A stretch of 64,000 bases of DNA. Origin: Adineta vaga. Its lineage: Eukaryota > Animalia > Rotifera. The DNA lies in the NCBI GenBank assembly GCA_021613535.1, contig CP075496.1, forward strand, positions 7,316,001 to 7,380,000, read 5' to 3'. Below, in pieces: positions 53,359 through 64,000 of this stretch; within the stretch, counting starts at the first letter, position 1, and the number at the start of each line of letters is the position of its first letter. The translations under genes and the position numbers were made by a program. The notes under the pieces were generated by a model. That model was given only the letters and a program-made list of their open reading frames with translations, was not told the origin of the DNA and did no database searches.

Positions 53359-54148
53359 TTAAATAGCACTGGTAATTAGATTCAATGAACGATCTGTTAA
53401 ACGAAATAAACATTGACGAATGATTATGTTTGTCCAAAGACGTGACTGAGATGGACCTGTGTATGTTAACTAAAAGGTAATATATATATGATCGAGTTAA
53501 ATGAAGATTTTTCGTAGTCTTTTGTTTTTGTCTTACTTGTCCACTAATATCTTTTGTAGCACCAGTTGATAAACTTCGGACAAATAAATGTTTCTGATGT
53601 ATTCGTTTAAGCATATTTATAAGAAATGAAGAAAACTTTTCATCGTCATTTTCATCATCGGATATTGAAATTTGTGTAATGAATTGTGCATTAGGAAAAA
53701 TGTCTCGTAATTTTCTTTGCATCAATAATATTTGTTCGTCAGAATATTTCAATAAATGACGTAAGATTTGTAAATCTTCAATAAGAATGATTTCCGGTGA
53801 TGCAATAATTTGTTGTTTAATCATTGTACATAGATCATCGATAGTAAATGTTGATTTACCATTGAAATATTGATCCGATATGGACGAAAATAATGGAATA
53901 AACATCAACGGTAATGATGTTGACATGTCGGCTGTTTTTAATACATTACCCATTTTTCCTTGAACATGTTTAAGATGAGAGAATGGTGTTAATAAACTAA
54001 TATAAACACAATTTAATGAATTTTTCAATGCATAACTTAGAAAATGTTCTAATAAAAAGTTCGAATCAAAATCAAAACTTGTTATAAGAATAGAACCGTT
54101 TGATGATCGATTTGTATCATCAAGTAATGCATTCAATTCGTCGAACAT
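53359..54148 (-). CDS. ELP6: Elongator subunit 6 (2 exons: 54148-53537 and 53469-53359)
   Basis: MFDELNALL...FLLEHFLSYALK...PFSHLKHVQGKMGNVL...ILIEDL...VRSLSTGATKDISGQ|LTYTG...LFRLTDRSLNLITSAI*. Removing the 67-bp intron restores the ELP6-type C-terminus. Confidence 0.8.
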
Positions 54149-54513
54149 GATGAAGATGATGAAATGAATTTCAATAAATAATCACAAATTTTTTTTTCTC
54201 TTCTTTCTCTGTCAAATCGAAATAGCAAAAGAAGATTCAGATATGAATCGCTACTGTATATGTTATTGATCTAGAATATAGTGTTGATTGTAGCGATAAA
54301 ATTGATCTTGAGGAGGTTCTAAATCCATGTATAGGTTAGTTAAGTGAAACTTTTCTATCTACCTATATACAATGATTATTTTTCAATCAATTGAAAAGTA
54401 TTTATTTTATTCATAAAGATAATCATAAAAATACATGTATGTAGTTTAAAATAAAAATCGATCAAATAAAACGTTAAAAATCATGTCTTTCATTCATTAG
54501 TTCAAACATAAAT

Positions 54514-55249
54514 TTATTTGCCATAGCCATAGTATTGGGGACTATGATATAAATAAACGTAATTGTAAGGAGTATAACGTAGTTCACATCGTCGACCGCG
54601 ATAATTTTGTGGACATGAACAGTATGGTTGACCATATGTATTGGTACATCGACCGCCATTATAACACCTACAAAAGAAAATAAATGAATAAATTGTTCTA
54701 TTTATTTCTACATAAAGAAAATCTTCATATAACCTACCAGCTCATATCACATGATCTAACGCAATAAGAAGCACAATTTGAACCATATGTATTTGGTGGG
54801 CAAATACAAACAGCTTGAAGTGTAAGCTGATTAACAACACAAGTACCACCATTTGTACATGGATTGCTTACAAGACATGGATTATAAGGTAATGGATTAA
54901 TTGGACAATCCGGATTAGCAATAATGTTATTTGGACAAACGCATACATATTGTGAAGGATTTTGATTTGTTGCTATACATGTTGCACCAGCTGGACACGT
55001 AACTAGCCCACATTGATTTGGAATTACGGGTGGAAATAATGTTGTAGCTATGACATTGCCACATCCTGCTGCATTAGGTGCCAATGACATATTTGGACAA
55101 AGACAAGAAAAGACAACATCTGTTTGAACGCATGTATATGGTGCACAAGTAGCTATGGCAACAGCATTACAAACATTCTGAGCAACTGCAATAGATAATT
55201 GCATGTAAAAAGCAATCATAATAACAATCATATTATTCCACATCATCAT
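54514..55249 (-). CDS. Small secreted protein with about 4 EGF-like repeats and a Tyr-rich tail (2 exons)
   Basis: Signal peptide MMMWNNMIVIMIAFYMQLSIAVA. EGF motifs NPCTNGGTC..CICPPNTYGSNC and WCYNGGRC..CSCPQNYRGRRCE; intron 54737-54668; ends YYGYGK*. Confidence 0.8.
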
Positions 55250-57741
55250 TGTCGCCAAAGGTCAATATGGCAATCGTATCCTTGAAAATATGCTCTTGAA
55301 ATTAGTAGATCGAAGGTTGCTTTTATAGACTTCATAACACAGAATGATTTCATAAATAAATATTTTGTTCGAAAACTTAATTCCAAATTCAACATGATTA
55401 TCAAAAGGTTTTGGATTCTGAAATAAAATTCAAAATTTTGACCGGAATCTTTCAAAGAGATGTTATTTGATATGTTTGCTTTTGTATTAAGATATGAGAA
55501 AGAAAAACAAGATAAATTTGATAGATATTTCTTTCTTTATTCATTTCTTAAATACAGAATAAATTGAGTTAATATATGAAATTTGATCCATAGATAATTT
55601 CGATGTACTATTTAGCTATTTGAAATAAGTCAAACACAAATAAATGTGTTCTATTCAAACATATCTTTATTAGTAAAACTAAATCCTGACATCAATCTTC
55701 TTAAGTAACTGATCATTTGAAAAGTAGAAGTTCCTAGTGTTGTCTTTTCTATCGAAATGTAAATACTTGTTTTTATCATAAATAAAAGGAAAAAAAACAA
55801 CAACCTAAATGTCAGGTTTGAACTTATATCATTTATCATTATAGTCATGATTGCGTTCCCACTGTCTTTTCGTATAATCAATATTATATCTAATGATGAT
55901 GTGTGCATATTTTGCTTCATGGTTGTCGATATGTAATGATTGTAAACAAAATATACCTTCATATCTGTACCTGTATACGAAAAAAAAAGTTACCCAAGTT
56001 ATTATTTGTTTATTCATTTTGATTGACACGAGCCCTTGATAGATATGATTTTATCTATAGGCTTAACAGATATTGAAAAAATGCATAGAATGGAACGTGA
56101 AAATTGATCTAATACAGTTATTATCCTTGATATTTCACATACGTTTTCATAAACAATTAACTCATTTGTATGAAAAGTCAGCGAGTATAATTTTGTTCTT
56201 TGTCAAGATTTTCATGGAAGATATCTTTTATCACAATGTACTTTTACCAGTCTTATATCACGTTTTATAGAGATAATATATGAAATATACGTGAGAACAA
56301 CAAATTCAAGGTTTCCGTCCTGAATAATAAATCGACGACAATGATTATATCTTATCGTACGTGATTGAAACTATAACACTCATGCAGACTATTATTTCAA
56401 GGAGACGAAGGTGTCAAGAATGAATAAATACAACATGTTTACTTCATTGCACATATCTTTGCAGATGAAATTACGTCAGATTCTAATGCTATGTTATCGC
56501 TCTTTATTTATTAACTTAAACTAAACAAAATCCTTACACTTATCTTTTTGTCTATTATCTTATTCATCACACACATAGGCATACACACACATGCTCACTC
56601 TCTTTTTTTTTCCTCTTAAGACACATCGAATGTCACACATATATCAAATAAGATCATAATAACTCGAATAGTCTACGTACAAAAAAAAAGAAAAGAAATA
56701 GGAGGAGAAGAATAGTAGATAGAGCACAAGAACAAAAGAATAATGACAAGATACAAACAAAAGACAAAGAAGAAAAAAATCACACGAACATAAAGAAAAA
56801 GACGAACAAGTAATCATCATAATAGAAAAGAACACCAAACATGGCCTTTGGTCATCATTGCGCACAAGAAAGGAAAGAAAAGAAAAGAAAAGAAAACGAC
56901 GAAGACATGTCTCTTAAATATCACTCATCTCTTCGAATTTCATCTCAGACACTCTTCGAAAATACAAGGATTTAAGACCGGTATAGATGAAAAACATGCG
57001 AAGAAGAGTCTATGTTCACAAATGATACGAATATGTTATGCTTCGCAAAATCAAGGAGATTACATACATGTACTTATATACATATGAAAAATATTCGTTG
57101 CCTGAACTTGCTCGATGGCTACATTTAATGAATCGAGCAAATAGAGAAAGAAAATCAACAAACAAAATGGCACGCGAACAGAGAGGCAAATATATATATA
57201 TATTTACAATGGAACAACAACGAAAAGTAACCAAAAAAAAAAGAAAAAAAACGCTTTAATAAACAAGAGACAGACTATAACAAAATTTTAGTCGGAGCAT
57301 ACATTAGAGATAGAAAAATAAACTAGAGACAGAAATAAGCTTAAATTTGAGACTTAACGGCTCGAATTCATATTATTGTTTATCTCATTTTCAAGTCTAC
57401 AATTCGACCTCTTTCTATGTATAACGTCTCGCGACTGACCCTGATGTTAACAAGAGAAAAAAGAAACAGAAAATCTGTACAACAAAGAAAAAAAGAAGAG
57501 AAAAAGAATACTGATGAAGGGAAGAACAAAGAAAGAAAAAAATCCATTATGTGTCAGATCGAAATCACTGGGTACGAAAAACGATCTATCCTATTCGCGT
57601 TTTTCTGATCTAAGGATTCATACGGGAAGAGAAAGAAAGCAAGAAAGAGGGAAAGGAAAAAAAAGGAAAAAAAAATGTATAAAAGTAAAACAAATAAACA
57701 AAAGAAAAAAACCAAGGACACTTTTTTTTTGCTTTGATATT

Positions 57742-60568
<2,827 letters not shown>

Positions 60569-63500
60569 TGTAACTTGTGTCTGAGAATTAAAATGATAAT
60601 AAATTAAAGTTTTTTTGTATTATTATTATTGTATAAAGCTAGTCCCATCAAATATCCTTTTTCAGCTGATGGACGATCGTTCTTTCACTCACTCACAACA
60701 CACACACACTGTCGATAGTCGCCTCTTGCGCGCTCGAGAGAAATAGAGACTAACAAGAACAGTTTGCCTGCTATATATACATGCATAGCTTGCTACCTCC
60801 ATCGTTCTTTTCCTCTCTCTCTCTCTGTCGATTTTTTTTCGTTCTCTTTCTTTTTCTTACCCGGGCGCTGTTGCCCACTTTTAACGACTTACGCATACAC
60901 TCTTCATTCGCATTTTGCTATCGCTACATCACAAGACTATACGTACGCGTGAGAAGAAGAAGAAGACGAAGACGAAGGAGAAGAAAAGAATTGAGGGATA
61001 GAAGTATATACATATATAAACACGTGCTCGCTTTCTTTTTCTTGTTTACCTAAAAGAATAGGATTGGAAGTTCGTTGATCTCTTTACCGATAGGAGACGA
61101 TTAATCAGTCGCAATACGATAGTACTACGCAGATAAGTATGCGGAGAACAGATGACAAGTTTAGTACGCAGAGGAGGATAATACTGTTTCATCATCCAAA
61201 ATGATATCTATTACGCAGTCGACTAAAGAAAAAGAAGTGGGCAATTGGTTTGCAAATCACATGGTCTTCTTAAACGAGAGATGTGTCAAGATGATAACTA
61301 AGATAAAAAAGCAAAGAAAATATTCTTAAATATTTAAATAACATTATATTTAAACTAGATTTTTTAAGTGTTTACTATTCGTAAAAGGAGAAATCTCAAG
61401 TTTTTTTCTCTTCTATTTCGAGAATAATCCAGAATGTGCAGTATGTGGTTACAAACAGAAATAAATTTTCTTTTTTTTTCTTATTAATTATTCATTGTGT
61501 TCGATTGCATCAGTTTTTCTTTCTCTCAATCTCAATCGGATGTGTCATTCACAACTATGAGGATGACGCATATGGGTTTCATGATCTATATACATATGAC
61601 TATATATGACGTGGCACTAACAACAGATGGTTTCTATTGTTTTTCATTAATAGGCAGAGCATTGAGTCAATTCTTTTTCCTCTACACCGAAAAAAAGAGA
61701 TTGAAGAAGAAGAAGAAGAAAAAAAACGAGAAAGATCCCTAGAGCAAGATGGTTACTTTCTCACATTTGTTTTATGTGCAAAAAGGATTAAGAAGAAAAA
61801 GTGCACTGTATATGTATACGTATATATTGATTCGATAGGATTCAATTAGAAACGATGATGCATTACTATAAGGACTAACGCGATCAAAATCAATATATCG
61901 AGTGTATGCGTACGCATATGACACTATTTCATATTTACCTTCAACAAAAGATAGTGAAGGACCAGATAAAGAGACGAGCGGGAAAGAGAAAAAAACTACG
62001 TCAATCTAACGAGGAAAAAGAAAAGAACTCAACTTACAATTGTATTAGAAGGATAGCGAGTGGCATCAACATTCGGTGGCATCTTCGATAAAGAACAAAA
62101 AAATTAACAATAAAAATGCAACTAGTTTTTTCGTTTCATATTTATATGCTATCAACCTTGGTGAATGTATGAATGACACGTTGCACAAACGACATTTCAT
62201 CAGCTTGCTGAGAAGAGAAAAAAATGTATACACATCATTCCTTGAAACAATGTCAAAGAATAACAAAAAAAAGTGTAGGATATTGAGTTACAATTTCATG
62301 CATGAAACAAAATTGTGGTTTCTCGAAATATTTTGTCGTAACTGTTCTCATTTGATGAAAAAGAAAACAAAATATTGCATTAAATATCCTCATCATTTTC
62401 GACTCGGTGACGTTTTCTGTTTGTCTGCAGAGATGTTGACCGCCTACGTGCTTTTTTTTTTCTTGAGAAACAAATGTTTATCATCATCATTGTTGTTCTG
62501 AATGTCATGAAAAATCTATTTACAACCTTTACTCTGTCTTTCTGTTTAATTTTATCATCTACTACGAGAATTGCGTTGTTCTATTCAACTTTATTAACCC
62601 CTGGATGAATCACAGAGTTTATTTTGTATCATATTTTCATATACTTCAATATTTAATCAAATTGAATGACGTCTTTCTATCTCTAAAAACAACTAACAGC
62701 TATTTTTAATTCTCATCATTGCAATTAGAATGACGCATCATCATCATCGCTCTTTCCCATCGAATGATTGATTTCTCTATGGAAAAATAAAACGCAAAAT
62801 TGATTCATCAAATTTATAAATAACTTTGTCGGAATATGAACTCACATCGTCGGCGTTGCAATGATTTCTTAAACTTATTTTACTAAGAAACCATTGCCAT
62901 AGATATGCTTGCTTTTCAAGTGCTTCTTAATTATATTTAATAAATATAGCCTTCGCCATCTAGTTTTTTCTTTACTATAAACAAATATAGAAAGAAGAAA
63001 ATGTATATATTTAGTCATCTCCAGGCATTTAAAAGAAGAAAAAAAAGGAATCTCAATAATCTATTGTTTTGTTTATGCTAATGAAAAACCTTAGATAAGC
63101 GTTTTAGTCTAATCTATGGATTATGTAAATGATTCGCATTTTGTTTTATTTTTATGTCTTAACTACTTTGCATCATGTCACATACACACATGTATATATA
63201 GATATTTTGAAAATAGACCCAAGTATGCATCTTTAATGATAAAATTTGTTCGAAGTCAAACTTCTTCGTTACTCATACTTATTGATTTATGCAAAGTGAA
63301 TGTATGTACTAGGTCAATACATTTGATGGGCTTTTTATGCGATAAAATTTCTAGTTACTCTTTGAATATCTCGATATATATATATAAGGTTTGAATGAAC
63401 AAATATACTTGTAGAGAACGAATAGTATTTCATAGAAAAAATTCAAGTACAGAATATCATGATTAACAAAAGATTTCTCGAATAAGAATGAAAATCATTT

Positions 63501-64000
63501 GAATAGTGCTTCACACTTTATTATTATTCAACGTCCACATCGACATCATTGGTCGTACAATTGTAAGTAAAGAACGAGAAAGTTTTTGACGATCATAATA
63601 TGTTCGTCTTCGAAACATTCAAGAACGAAAGCATAAGAAAGAAAGAAAAAGAAGAAGAAACATAGTTGTAATAACACCAAAAGAAATCAGAGGTAAATGA
63701 CAATAATGAAAAAAAAAGAAGTAAAGTAAAGAGAATATGAAGATGATTAATGCTAAAATCGTCTACAAAACTAATCATTCTCTGACGACCAGTTTTGTGT
63801 TTGAGACGATAGTATCATTATAAAAAAGAAAAAGTAAGAGAGAAAGAGAAATAATAGCACAAAAGAGAATAAGAACAAAGTAGATAGCACCAACAGTAAA
63901 GAAAAGGACGAAAATCGTGAACAAGTTCACATGAATTGATTTGCTTTCTTTGATTTTTCTTTTCTTCTGCATCTAATTGATTTTCAAGAGAGAGAAAATA

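Noticed and set aside
55300-57740. Lys-rich and Phe-rich short ORFs
   Set aside because: By-products of A/T-rich tracts in the MNK 3'UTR and intergenic DNA.
60600-64000. Several 60-140 aa ORFs and GA-rich tracts
   Set aside because: No coherent exon chain, domain, transposase or terminal repeats recognised; treated as non-coding upstream region.

Overview
AT-rich, gene-dense eukaryotic DNA with many short (about 45-70 bp) GT-AG introns. The intron style and a bacterial-type DNA ligase with a PBZ finger suggest a bdelloid rotifer (inference, not a database result). I can support about 20 protein-coding genes: TTC12-like, NCAPH, a multi-FAS1 surface protein, DNMBP/Tuba-like, TRAPPC2, COX7C (absent from the ORF track), an HMG-truncated SMARCE1-like gene, Kv4/Shal, a LigE-type ligase, PLPP, NAGA, a U1-type zinc-finger protein, B9D2, MYORG-like GH31, GSK3, FAM221A, SUCLG2, DTWD2, ELP6, a secreted EGF-repeat protein and MNK. 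The strongest unexplained structure is operon-like packing. A four-gene minus-strand run (SMARCE1-like > COX7C > TRAPPC2 > DNMBP) has stop-to-ATG gaps of 132, 163 and 124 bp. A pair of tRNA-modification genes (ELP6 > DTWD2) has a 64 bp gap. Every downstream gene has a polypyrimidine-AG acceptor 0-18 nt before its ATG, which fits polycistronic transcription resolved by spliced-leader trans-splicing. I recognised no rRNA, tRNA, CRISPR or mobile element. Exon boundaries were read by eye and may be off by a few bases.
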